This document shows, piece after piece, positions 1 to 11,826 of a stretch of DNA of 64,000 nucleotides. Source of the DNA: Hemiscyllium ocellatum (Eukaryota); the NCBI RefSeq assembly GCF_020745735.1, contig NC_083438.1, forward strand, positions 24,572,068 to 24,636,067, given 5' to 3'. Below the pieces are notes generated by a model. That model had not been told where the DNA came from. It saw only the letters and a program-made list of their open reading frames with translations, and did no database searches. The translations under genes were made by a program, and so were the position numbers. How positions within the stretch are numbered: position 1 is the first letter of the stretch; each line of letters opens with the position of its first letter.

Positions 1-805
1 CAACTGGAGAGGGGGGCAATTGCACAATGGATTCGACGTGTTTTCTTTCTCAATTTCACGCTTGTTTTGAGTTATTACAGAGGCTAAGTACACCATTGGA
101 GTTTCTGGCAAGATGACCATGCAGTGGGGCTTCTGAGCCTGAGGCTTGCTCACTTCATCTGTTGTTTGAAAATTTTCTCTTCTCTTCTTTCTCTTTTTTG
201 CTTCTTTGATTCATATTACATTCTACTTAGGTCTTGTTGAAGAGCTCAGTCATGACCATGTCATCGGAGGTATGGAGTCAGCCTAGCAGAGATGTGAATG
301 GGCTCTGCAGTGTGGACTTCAGTGGGTCATGCGTGGGTCGAGTGCGGAGTCGTTGTGACAGTGTCAGAGGTGAGTTTGTGTCCTTGGCGGTATCTCCATC
401 CGACAACGAGGCCCGCGCTCCAAGTCAATGCTAGTGCAGCAGAAGCCAGCTTGTGTGCCTGGCAGAGTCTGCATCCAATGCAGATTCACAGAGGTGATGG
501 CAACAAACTTCAACCCAGAAGAAAACCCGGCAGAATCAGCAGCAGCTGTATCAGCGAGTTGGGCAGGAAGTAGATTTATGACAAAAATGGAATTGAGTTT
601 GGACCTTCGTAGTACACGGTAGCATCGGTGACTTCTGCAATGGCGAGGTCCATCGAGGATGTTGTGATATTACTGAAAAAGTATCTATCGGGAAAGCATT
701 GTTGGCATATAAAACTAATTTTATCAATATGCACATGCACGTATTGATGAAATTACATAATTGATACCAGATCATTTTTTTTATTTGCGTTATATTTTGT
801 TCATG

Positions 806-1107
806 GGGCGGCACGGTGGTGCAGTGGTTAGCACTGCTGCCTCACAGCTCCAGAGACCCGGGCTCAATTCTCACCTCAAGAAACTATCTGTATGGAGTTT
901 GCACATTCTCCCTGTGTCTGCGTGGGTTTCATCCCACAGTCTAAAAATGTGCAGGTTAGGTGAATTGGCCAGGCTAAAATTGACCGTAGTGTTAGGTGAA
1001 GGGGTAAATGTAGGGGAATGGTTCTGGGTGGGTTGTTCTTCGGAGGGTCGGTGTGGACTTGTTGGGCCAAAGGGCCTGTTTCCACACTGTAAGTAATCTA
1101 ATCTAAA
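806..1107 (+). mobile_element. tRNA-derived HE1/V-SINE-like SINE (orthologous copies 31298-31582 and 61167-61469)
   Basis: A-box (TGGTGCAGTGG) and B-box-like head, conserved GGAGTTTGCACATTCTCCC core, (AATCT)n tail. Confidence 0.9.
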
Positions 1108-1708
1108 ATTAAATGCACACCAATAAAGGTTTAGGATGGAAAACAAGACAAGAGTTAACTTGGATACATCACATTTGCTCGCTGATGTGGGGAGAATGTG
1201 ATGTGTACAATTTCTCATCTCCATACATCAGGTCACTGGATCACAATCAGTACTCTTTGGAAATTTGAAACAACGCAGATCAATATTCAAATCTGTAAAT
1301 AAATCTGTTTAACCAAATTGGCAGTTGAAATTATTTTGGGGAATGTGTTTAAAGAAGAAAACAGTTACATGTTGTAGAGAAAAATATCATAATTTTCTTG
1401 AGCTACCATATGAAATACATACCGTACAGCATGCTTCTTTAGCTACTGAGTCAGTACAACGGATTGTTTAATGCTTTTCAATCTGCATTAAAGCAGATGA
1501 ATATTGCTTGTGGTTAAAGCAGTGTAACATGAGACTCCTGTAGTGTAATGGAATCACTCACTTATTGACCATGGAAGCCGATATTGAAGTCCAATTATTC
1601 AGGTTTTAATAATGTGTCTGAGCAAGTTTTATTTTAAATATATGTTCTTTTTTTAAAAAAAGTAATGTAATAGCAAAACCAGATTTTGACTGGCAACATT
1701 CTAACTAT

Positions 1709-1771
1709 CTGGGATACCCCCAGCAGCAACAAATGGATAGTAAATTGCAGAAGAGATGGTGGCTCATGTAT
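1709..1771 (-). pseudogene. Dead exon-1 cassette psi1, unit 1
   Basis: ATG to ATA, 7-nt deletion, donor GT to AT; TATA-like run (1828-1840) and CCAAT (1909-1913) retained. Confidence 0.85.
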
Positions 1772-3122
1772 GTTGTTTCACAAATAATAATCTCTCTGCA
1801 ACTTCAAACCAATCAAAAGATGCAGCCATTATATATATTACAAAATGCCACACAAACACTATTAGGTTACAGCTTTCATAGTGCCAGTAAAATTCCTGTT
1901 TTACAGTGATTGGGAGCATTGTTTTCCTTCTATTCCTTGAAATGAGTTATCACAATGTCATCAAGCAAAGGAAATGAACCAAAAGGTTTCTTTGGAAAGA
2001 GGCAACCTATTTATTTCTTCACACTCTAGAGTAAACAAAAGTAAACTTTGCAACTGGCGTGATACGTTTTGAAAAAAATGTCTGTCCCCTGTTTATAAGA
2101 TCCTTGGTTAAGTCCACGCTCCACTGAGGAACACATTATCTTTCATCACTGTTACCAGTCCAAATGTATAGACTTGAACGCAGTTCTTCCGGTTATAGAA
2201 TGGAGTAAATAACAAGGACTTACGTATTACAAATGATAAAAGCAATTTGACAATTCAGATTTTGGAATGTTTGCCTTATTGACAACTCGCATTGCAGTTT
2301 CTGTACTCGTCATAATTCTTTAACGTTTCAACCAATCTGTGCCTCTTTTGGGGGGCAAATTAGGATCGGAAATATAGTTTCCTTTTCCAACTCTGAGGAT
2401 ATGACGCTCTCGATATAATAACAGAGCTTAAATGATCACGTGACGTTTGCTAAAGTTAAACTGAAAACATGCTTCCATGATCTTATGGCGTTTAATACAT
2501 TTTGAATGAGACTATGGGATGTGGAACGATGACGCCCCAAATTTGTGTTGATGGAGTGCTTTGGAACATAAGGACAGCATGCATGTACAGTAAATATCGA
2601 AACTGAGCAACTCTGGTCCTGATTGTTAAAGATTTGGAATACAAGCATCAATATGAGTTGTTGTGATCATGGCTTTACCTCATCAACACTTAAAATAACC
2701 CGCACAGGTGTACAATCCAATGGGAGCATGGATGCATTGACATAATTATTGTGAATGCAAGTATTGATGTCACTTGTGGAATGTATTTGGTGGAGAAGTT
2801 ACATTTTAGCTGAGAGATAGTGGATTGTCAGGAAACTAGAGTGGATCGTCTGAAGCACGAAGACATATGAGCAAAGGTGCCGTGATGAGAACTGATTGTT
2901 TGGCTCCAGAATGTAGAATTGCAATTTGTTTTGGGGCAACAGAGAATCTCAGAGTCAGAGTTGGTCAATGTCAAAATCTCTTTATCCAGAACATGCAGGT
3001 GAAATATCTAAACTCTTCAATCCTTCCCTTTCAAGGTCTTCCTCTTTCTCTCAACCGCCCCCTCTTGCTTTCTCTGAAAAATGGACAACACGCACAACAA
3101 CCTCATAAAGTGTGCTCACCAA

Positions 3123-4009
3123 CTAAGAATTAGTTACAATTTTACTCACTGGATATTTCACTATTTTCAGTAACTCCTGTCTGAATTTCGCCTGAGTTAC
3201 TGCATAAATGAATGTATTAGTGCAGCAACTCAAAAGCACTAGCATGTATCCACTTTCTTGAAGGATATATATGGGGTCATTGTAACCCGTATAAGAATAA
3301 GCATTAGCAACTCTAAAATACACACAATGGATTGCGAATGTCAACCATAATAACGGAAAATTGCCAGATATACTGAAGAGTAAAATTATAGACTTTCTTC
3401 TGTTCTTCATCTCGGGATCAAACTTATTTTCAGCTCTGGTGTTAACACAAAGTGCTTTACGAACTTTGCTCACCACTATTATATATCTCACAGTGAGAGT
3501 ATTCAGCACCAAAACGATAAAACATGGCAGAAATGGAGTTGCAATATGACCAAAATAAGAAAATGCGAGCCACAGGGGTGAAATATAAAAGATTGATCTT
3601 ATCTGGCAATACCAAGGAAAGTTGTTAATTATGTACATCGGTTCATACACAAAGTACCAGGGAATGTTCATAACACAACTCAGAGTGAGTACCAGAGTTG
3701 CAATTTGTTTTGTGCAATAGTGGGTCTTCAGTTTTTGAAAACAGATAGCTATAAACCGATCGAAAGTGAATGCCACAGTAAACCACACAGAGCAGTCTCT
3801 TGTTAAATAAACCAAGGCACTTTTGGTTCGACACAGCGGAGTCAGTGATAGATAATTTTTGGGAAAGTAAATGCCAATTATCCGATTGAGTATCACACTA
3901 GTAATGACAACTGAGAGGTCCGCTGCAGCCATAGCCATCAGATAGTAAGTGATAAATTTAGAAAGACCACACCTTCTCTGGGCCAAAATCGCAATTGCCA
4001 TGATGTTAC
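3123..4009 (-). CDS. GPR139/GPR142-like orphan class A GPCR, paralogue A copy 1, exon 2 (about 318 aa if spliced to 15596-15665); carries a 12-bp in-frame TM4 deletion
   Basis: 7TM pattern: GN in TM1, MAAADL in TM2, TM3 Cys (TPLC), FTFDRFIAIC, ECL2 PWYC, NTFIY in TM7. Acceptor ttttccaacag|GT AAC at 4010/4009 (phase 1); TAG at 3123-3125. Confidence 0.88.
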
Positions 4010-4958
4010 CTGTTGGAAAAGTAAACAGATGAGACACTTGATTAGCTAGATGCTAAGAAAAGTAAACATCCTTTTCAATCAATATGCATTACTTTCAGTG
4101 TATGTTTATTGCAGGCCTTACAGAATTGTGGAATTTGGGTAGGGTAGGCTTTCTCAGACACCAAGCGATGTGCAAACAATATTAGACAGACAATCTTCAA
4201 TGTCTGGGTATATATCCTACTTCAAATGGTGATCATATTCTTTTGACTGGAAGATCAACTATGTGCAAAGTGTTTCGATTCCAATTGCCCTGGTCTACAT
4301 TTCTTCTTTAATAATTTTCATGAAACCAAATAATCATGAATCACAGAAGGGCAGTAGTATAGAAGGGGACCATTCATCCAATTGTGCCTGCACCAATCCT
4401 CAAATGTACATGCTGACTTAGAGTCAGTCTCTTGTTTTCATTTCCTTGCCATAAACTTGCACAATGATTCTATTTTTATAATCATGTAGCACCATCCTTA
4501 CTGTGTCAATTGAAACTTCCTCCAACCCACTTTCAGACTTTGCATTCCAAGATAGTATGTTTGATGTTATTTCTGGAAGCTGTCTGTCGCTACATCACTG
4601 CTGTACTCATGTTATGCTGAAACACCTCCTGATAAATAAAAATGATTCCAAACTACATGCATGCAACCTGTGATTCTGAAAGTTGTTACAATATTTTTCT
4701 TAAAAATGTAATAATAAGAAAGTCATGAATTGTTAGAAGTCATAAGGAGAAGCATCAGAATTGGCCATGATTCTGGTAGATCCACGCCTTAGCATGAAAT
4801 TTGCAAACCTTTTTCATGATAGTATAGGTTTGGTACCACAAATCAACTTGAATAATTAACTTCTACATAGCTAGCACACTAAACACAAATGGGTTCGTTA
4901 AGACCCGACGTGCATTTCACTTGAAAAACATTTGAGAGTAATGAACTATTAAGATGGA

Positions 4959-5584
4959 GCATAGAACATGGAATAGAACATAGAAAAATACAGCGCAGTA
5001 CAGTCCCCTCGGCCCTCGATGTTGCGCCGATCCAAGCCCACCTAACCTACACTAGCCCACTTTCCTCTGTATGCCTATCCAATGCCCGTTTAAATGCCCA
5101 TAAAGAGGGAGAGTCCACCACTGTTACTGGCAGGGCATTCCATGAACTCACGACTTGTTGAGTACAGAACCTACCCCTAACATCTGTTCCATACCTACCA
5201 CCCCTTAATTTAAAGCTATGCCCCCTCGTAATATCTGACTCCATACATAGAAAAAGGTTCTCACTGTCAACCCTATCTAAACCCCTAATCATCTTGTACA
5301 CCTCTATCAAGTCACCCCTAAACCTTCTTTTCTCCAATGAAACCAGCCCCAAGTGCCTCAGCCTTTCCTCATACGATCTTCCTACCATACCAGGCAACAT
5401 CCTGGTAAACCTCGTCTGCACCCGTTCCAGTGCCTCCACATCCTTCCTATAGTATGGCGACCAAAACTGCACACAATACTCCAGATGCGGCTGCACCAGA
5501 GTCTTATACAACTGCAACATGACCTCAGGACTCCAGAACTCAATTTCTCTCCCAATAAAAGCCAGTACACCATATGCCTTCTTA
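4959..5584 (-). mobile_element. 5'-truncated young CR1/HER1-like LINE present only in unit 1
   Basis: ORF2 C-terminus (LVQPHLEYCVQFWSP) still open; (TTCTATG)-like tail; empty site near 35428. Confidence 0.92.
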
Positions 5585-6274
5585 TTTCCAGTAGTTGTCC
5601 AGTAGTTTTTAAGTTCATTCTAACTTGCAAGTTGGTTTTAGAATGAATTATTTTGCTGATGATAGTGCACACCTGATTATGGGAATTTCCAATAAACGCA
5701 GAAAATGTGAAGCAGGTTGAACAGCAGTGTCCATCGAGTCTGGCAATGCAAGTGAACCATTCAGAAAGTCTAACTATCTAAATGGGCTGAATTCAATTAA
5801 TTAGAATTTAACTTGTTTGTGGCTTTAGACATACATTTGAATGACAACAGGTATTGACTGGCCTGATGAAAATTGTGCGCAACACTGAATATTCCAATAT
5901 GCAATTGAAATCAAAATACTGCAGCTGTTGGAAATTTGAAACCAACTGGGAAAATGCAAGGGACATTCTGACCACTTGAGAACTAGATGCATTTTACAGA
6001 AATCGGAATGTTAACTCTGCTTCTCTCTCCTCAGTTGCCCTCAGACCAGCTGAGGTTTTCCAGTAGTTTGTATGTTCATTCTAACTTGCAATCTGGTTTT
6101 AGAATGAATTATTTTGCTGATGATAGTGCACACCTGATTATAATGGATTACTTTGTATATGATGACTTTCCTTTTGAAATTTTAAAGAATAAAGTCATAA
6201 TTTGCGAAACACATTATTAGACAGTGTGCAACTAAACATTATCAGTGACTTCAAAGGCCAAGAGCACACAGTTA

Positions 6275-6585
6275 GAGAGGCACAGCGGCTCAGTGGTTAG
6301 CAGCTGCCTCACAGTATCTGGGTTCCAGGTTCAAGTTCAACCTCGGCCAACAGTCTGACTGGAGTTTGCACTTCTCTCCGTGTCTGCGTGGGTTTTCTCC
6401 GGGTGCTCTGGTTTCCTCCTATAGTCCGCAGATGTGCAAGTCAGGTGAATTGGCAATGCTAAGTTGCCCATAGTGTTAGGTACATTAATCAGAGGGAGAT
6501 GGGTTCTGGGTGGATTGCTCTTCGGAGGGTCAGTGTGGTCTTGTTGGGCTGAAGGGCCTGTTTCCACACTGGAGGGAATCTAATT
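6275..6585 (+). mobile_element. HE1/V-SINE-like SINE (copy 35872-36176)
   Basis: Same head, core and tail motifs. Confidence 0.88.
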
Positions 6586-7289
6586 CAGTGGCACTGAATA
6601 ACAGATTTATGGAATAGGTGCCTTTGTGATTCAGCTGGTCAACAACCTGAGAAATATTGACTTCAGCGTGAGTCTTTAGTATGACCAAGAGTTGTTAAAG
6701 AAATGCATACCTATATTGAAGCAAATATTTAAAGCTTCATTTTGTCAATATTCAGAATGTTTCACAGATGTCAAACTGACAGCTAATATCAGCATTTAGA
6801 CAAGTTGGACATTGCAGATTAACAGGTTTACACAATAAATGCAATTGGAATTTAATGAAAATAACTTTCAAATTTGGGGTGTTGCTGTCTCGGAAATACG
6901 GATCAGATGGAATGAAACTTGGCTGGTTCAATGCCTTCCATTCATTGGTTTTCCTTCAACATGTAGTTGATGTTTATCATCCATAAGAAACTGAGTAAAC
7001 TTCTCTGACTGAAACATACTATCATTTTAAACGAGATTCTCATACCTCACTGACGTTTTGGAATGAAAATAAAGTGTCACTATTCACTGAGCCTCACAAA
7101 ATACAAGGGTTTCATTATTTTTCGCAAAATCACAGAATTTCCTTCTTTATTAACACAAGGTTGACAGGATATCTGACTGAGGTATCTGCACTTATCCATA
7201 ATGGCTATTTCTCTCAAATAAATTAGTTTCATCTACAAGTGAATAATTATGTACCTTCGACACATAATCCTACCTCTCCATTTATCTCT

Positions 7290-7455
7290 CCACCCTGGAG
7301 GCTCCCTGCCTCCATTCCTGATGAAGGGCTTTTGCCCGAAATGTTGATTTCTGATGAAGGGCTTTTGCCCTGCTCCTCGGATGCTGCCTGACCTGCTGTG
7401 CTTTTCCAGCACCACTCTGACCTAAACACTGGTTTCCAGCATCTGCAGTCCTCAA
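7290..7455 (+). repeat. PLE-associated repeat with minimal hammerhead-like core (copy ~36870-37015; related opposite-strand fragments 14832-14945 and 44340-44450)
   Basis: CTGATGA-A-GGGC-TTTT-GCCC-GAAA at 7318-7341. Confidence 0.65.
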
Positions 7456-7494
7456 TTTTGCTTATGTAACCCTATGAGTTCATGCCCAGACAGA

Positions 7495-7725
7495 AATATA
7501 GAAAATAGTCAGGCTTCAGTTATTTGGCTCTTCGAGATTCCTGCTCCATTCAACTCGATCATGGCCAGTTGTCCAACTCAGGAACTTTTGTTCTGCCCTC
7601 TGTATCAATGCACTTTTATCTCTTGAATTCGTAGAGCTATATATCAAAATCTTTCTTGAAAACAATTAATGTTTTGGCCTCAACCACTTTCCGTGGCAAT
7701 GAATTCCATAGACTCGTCACTCAAT
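7495..7725 (-). mobile_element. Old CR1-like LINE 3' end fragment (copy ~37065-37295); similar old fragments at ~4330-4550 and ~12040-12410
   Basis: Similar to the LINE tail at 24635-24870 (ggcaatgaattccatagactc). Confidence 0.6.
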
Positions 7726-8535
7726 GGTTCAATGCAAATACATGGTTTTATGAGTGACAGTTAAAACTAGAAATAAACTTCATTGTCCTTGTCCATTGCA
7801 TTCACTGAGATAAGCATTTGTAATGTGAGACCTTCTTTCTCCTCTATCTCTCTTGGACACATACTTTCCGTCTTGCAGGAAGGGACAAGGGATTGTTTCA
7901 CAACGTGTAAAGTGCCATGTTAAGAGCAACAGCTTATAACAAATAATCCAAACCGGTAAGTTGCCTTTCTTCAGGCTGTGGTTCTGTTTTAGTGCAGAGA
8001 ATGGGACAGCAGCTCTATTTCCAGCTGCCTGGCTATCTTATTCGTATCTAAAAGCTCTTCAGCTACTTGGAAGGAAATCACATAGCTTGCAGCCAGAAGC
8101 TGTTTGTCACTAACAGCACCGATTCTCCACAGGTCAATCAACTAATTTATGATGGCCATATCTCATTTTGTGCATATTTCATGCTGCTTTTGCATCTGCA
8201 ACTAAACCTGTCATATTATGAAACAATGAACATCGTAAACTAAATGCTGGTTAATTAAAACAATTGTTAGTTAAGTTGCAAATCATTCCACAATTAGTTT
8301 TAAATCAGACCTCTTCCTATTTCTGCCTGCAATCAAAAATAAGCAATTGCAATCGAACATTCTGTACATATTAAATATGGCATCGATATTACAAGAAATT
8401 GGAAGAGATAAAAACAGAGAGAAAACAAGTGAATGCGAACCAGGGAAAGAAAACCAGCCAAGTGACACAGAAGCAGAAAAGTGGAAGGGAAAAGGTACAG
8501 ATCTTGGCGGAAGTCGATCAAAGAATATTTCGAGT

Positions 8536-8760
8536 AAAAGCAAAATCTGCTGGAGAAAATCAACAGGTCAGCCAGCATCTGTAAGAAGTGAAACAAAATT
8601 AACATTCCAACTCAATGACCATTCTTCAGAATGGATCCGTTCTGATGAGAGATCACTGACCTGGAAAGCTACCTTTTTTTCTCTCTCTCGACAGATGATG
8701 CATGACCTGCAGAACTCAGCGTTTTCTGCTTTGTTTCAGATTTCCGGCATTTGCAGTTGT
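8536..8760. repeat. Degenerate inverted-repeat PLE-type element with hammerhead-like cores on both arms (copy 38110-38340)
   Basis: Centred on gaatggatccgttc; CTGATGA...GAAA at 8642-8667 (+) and CTGAAGA... on the minus arm. Confidence 0.6.
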
Positions 8761-9493
8761 TCACATTTATCTTAAAGGATGTCTGATATTATTGAAACAA
8801 ATACCTGTGAAATCAACTTGATTGATACATATAACTAGTGCATGAACGCTGGCATTGATAAAACTAAATCGTACATAGAATATTATTTTGGATTCATGTT
8901 ATACACTGTTTATAAAGTGCACACAAATAAAGGGTTAGGATTGAAAACATCAGAACAGTTCAGTTGGAGAGATCACAGTTGCTCGCTGAATTGGGAGAAT
9001 GTGAAGCGCATAGTATTTCTCACCAACATACAATACTGGAACACAGTCTGTGTACCCTTTGAAAGTTGAAAGACATATCGATAATCAAATCTGCAATTAA
9101 ATCTGTTTACCCAAATTGTCGATTGCAAAAAGAATTGCAGTTGCATGCTGAAGCAAGGAACAGCCAAATGTCCGCACAATGTTGTTTGATAAAAATAATA
9201 GAAGTTAGGCTTGTTTAGCTTCTGAGTCATTGCCACAGATTGCATGATGATTTTCCATGTGCATTAGTCCAAGTGAATCATATAGTAGAAATGTGGCAAA
9301 ATCAGCGTAACATGGGGCTCCTGTGGTGTCGGGGTGGTTCACTCGCTTCTTGGCCATGGCAGCTGAGGTTGAAGTCCCACTTATTCAGATGGTGTGTAAT
9401 CAGTTGCCTGAGCATTTTGGTTTAGAAACGTCGGTCAAACAAAAAAAACACAATGTGAATGCAACACAGGATTTAACTTACAAATCAATTTAC

Positions 9494-9563
9494 CTGGGAC
9501 ACCCACAGCAGCAAGAAATGGATCGTAAATTGCATATACCAAACCAAATGCTGGTTAATGCAT
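9494..9563 (-). pseudogene. Dead exon-1 cassette psi2 (ATG CAT TAA: stop at codon 3) between the intact cassette and exon 2A, copy 1
   Basis: Reads MH*PAFGLVYAIYDPFLAAVGVP; donor G|gtaaat still intact; TATA degraded. Confidence 0.88.
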
Positions 9564-11534
9564 GTTGTTTCAGAAATGATAACCTCTCTGCAACTTCAAA
9601 ACGATCAGATAGTGTAGTATTTAGAACACAAAATCCCACACGGATACCATTAGGAAACAGGTTTCGCAGAGTCAGTACCACTCCTCTTTAACAGTGATTG
9701 GGAGCATTGTTTTTATTCTATTCCTCTATATTAATCATCCGAGCACCATCAAGCCAAGGAAACGAGCAATCTTTCTTTGGAAAGATGCAACTTATTTGTA
9801 AATTCGCATTGCAGAGTTAACAAAAGTGAACGGTGCAAATGAAGCGGTGCATTTTGAAAACAAAATAAATTCTGTCCTCTGTTTATTTTATTCCGTATTT
9901 AAGTCAGCACTCCTGAAGGACACATTTACTTGCGCCACTATCACCAAGTCAAATGGTATAAATTTGATCAGCATTCTGTGTTTTATGGAGAGGAACAAAT
10001 AAACAGGGCTTACCTCATATAAATGATAAAACAAACAACTTGACAATTCAAATATTAGCATGTTTTTTCTTGTCTACAACTCACAGTATAGCTGGTGTGC
10101 TGCACATCTGTTTTAAAGGTTTCAACCAAGGAGCAATCTGCCTTTTCTGGACGTCACATTGCAGTTGCACATTGGTTCTGCTGTTCAAAATCTAAGGACC
10201 TTATAATCTCAATATAGCAACAGAAGGATCACGTTGCGTTTGCTAAATTTCAATTGGAATCATAATTCCAGAATCTTACAATGTTTAATATGTTTTGAAT
10301 TTGATGTCAGAATGTGGGAAGATGCATCGTAACAGTATCAATGTGCTCCGGCAACAACAAAAATCTTGTAAGTGTGGGGTAGCTATCAAAGAAAGATGTT
10401 TTTGCATTCAAACGCCCTTGACATGTTATCTTTCCCAAATCGATGGCAAAGTGAAGAGGAAATGCAGTGAATTTCCATAAAATCTGGCAGCCTCGGCATA
10501 AGTTTATATCAATATCAGCACAAACACTATGGGGACCACTATTTCTCTTCTATGTTTCTCATTTCTGCTGTGGATCTGTGTTTTGAATTTAGCTTAGAAA
10601 TTTGAAGAGAAGCTTGCTAAAAAAAAAGGACGGAACAAAATACTGCTGTTTACTGCGTGGAACTGACTTGGAAAGGTATTGCCGGTTAATTATTTGTCTG
10701 AAGAAAATGTAAACGATTCAGCACTTAGATGCTGTTAGGCTCAGGGTGTGGCAGCTGGTGGGTGTTGCATTGGTCTCTCAAGTGAGAACCGGTAATGGCC
10801 AACCAATAATAGTGAATGTTGAAAAAGAAAGACAAGAAAAGATGGAACTGGTTTCATCTGAATTACAAGCCGGAGGTGGATTTACCTCGGAAGTTGCCAG
10901 TTTGGGATGTACTTCTTTTTCTTGTTTTGTTTTCTCCTCTTATTCCCATCTATTGTCTTGTTGAAGGTTTCTAAAAAGAAACCCAATCTATTAGGAGGAA
11001 GTAAAACTCTCCACAATACCGTGGAAGTTGTTTGCATTGACCAGTGATGCCAGAATTTAAGTTCAATATTCAGCTTGCATGTTTGTTAAACATTTCACAA
11101 AGGCCTGGTATCCTTTGACGACAACGTTATGGAATTGGCAAATTATGATTATTTAATTTTCATTTTAAGTTATTCTTAACTGCATCCGTTTGTCTGTCTA
11201 TCTGTCTGTCGGTGTGTGAATGGGTGTTTATGATCCAAGAATGTTGCATTTATCTCAAAATTAATTAGATTGCCTTTGTCCAACGATAGTTACATTTTTC
11301 ATTATAGCTTGTTCCTGATTCTTCCAATTATATAGTTGGTCCTCTGGTTTGTAAAGTCTGGTTGGGAACAATTGTTGACGTCACCAAATGCTCTCATTTC
11401 ATTGTGTTGCAAATCCAGTGATTGCGAGGCTGAATTGATTTTTATTGTTATCCCTGTGCCCTATATTTCTACCTATTTATATATAAATTGAGAAACGAAA
11501 CTGTTGTATCAGAATATATGAAATGGTTTAATTT

Positions 11535-11826
11535 ATAGATTAGATTACTTACAGTGTGGAAACAGGCCCTTCGGCCTAACAAATCCACACCGACCCTCCA
11601 AAACGCAACCCACTCCCCTATCTTTAACCCTTCACCTGACGCTAGGGGCAATTTAGCATGGCCAAATCACCTCACCTGCACAGTGAGACAAAACCACAGC
11701 ACCCGGCGGAAACCCACGCAGACATGGGGTGAACGTGCAAACTCCACACAGACAGTCGCCTAAGCCGGGAATTGAACCCACGTTTACTGGCACTGTAAGG
11801 CAGCAGTGCTAACCACTGTGTCACCC
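11535..11826 (-). mobile_element. HE1/V-SINE-like SINE (copy 41097-41332, internally deleted)
   Basis: Reverse complement of the same family, starting with an AGATTAGATTAC tail. Confidence 0.88.

Noticed and set aside
761-1096. Recurrent METGPSAQ-type and related short ORFs, and tRNA-like heads
   Set aside because: Chance translations of SINE copies; the heads are SINE Pol III promoters, not tRNA genes
2867-3133. 88-aa plus-strand ORF nearly identical in three copies
   Set aside because: Antisense to A's 3' UTR, no recognisable domain, stop lost in copy 3; identity is explained by the homogenised tract
4010-4037. N-terminal 'MSHLFTFPT' of the ORF-track GPCR (also 34478-34505) and the TTG start at 27535
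   Set aside because: Non-ATG starts; 4010-4037 is the intron's pyrimidine tract. The true N-terminus comes from the 70-nt exon 1
10734-11460. Possible second solo LTR starting TGTTAGG
   Set aside because: No clear 3' terminus or target-site duplication could be identified
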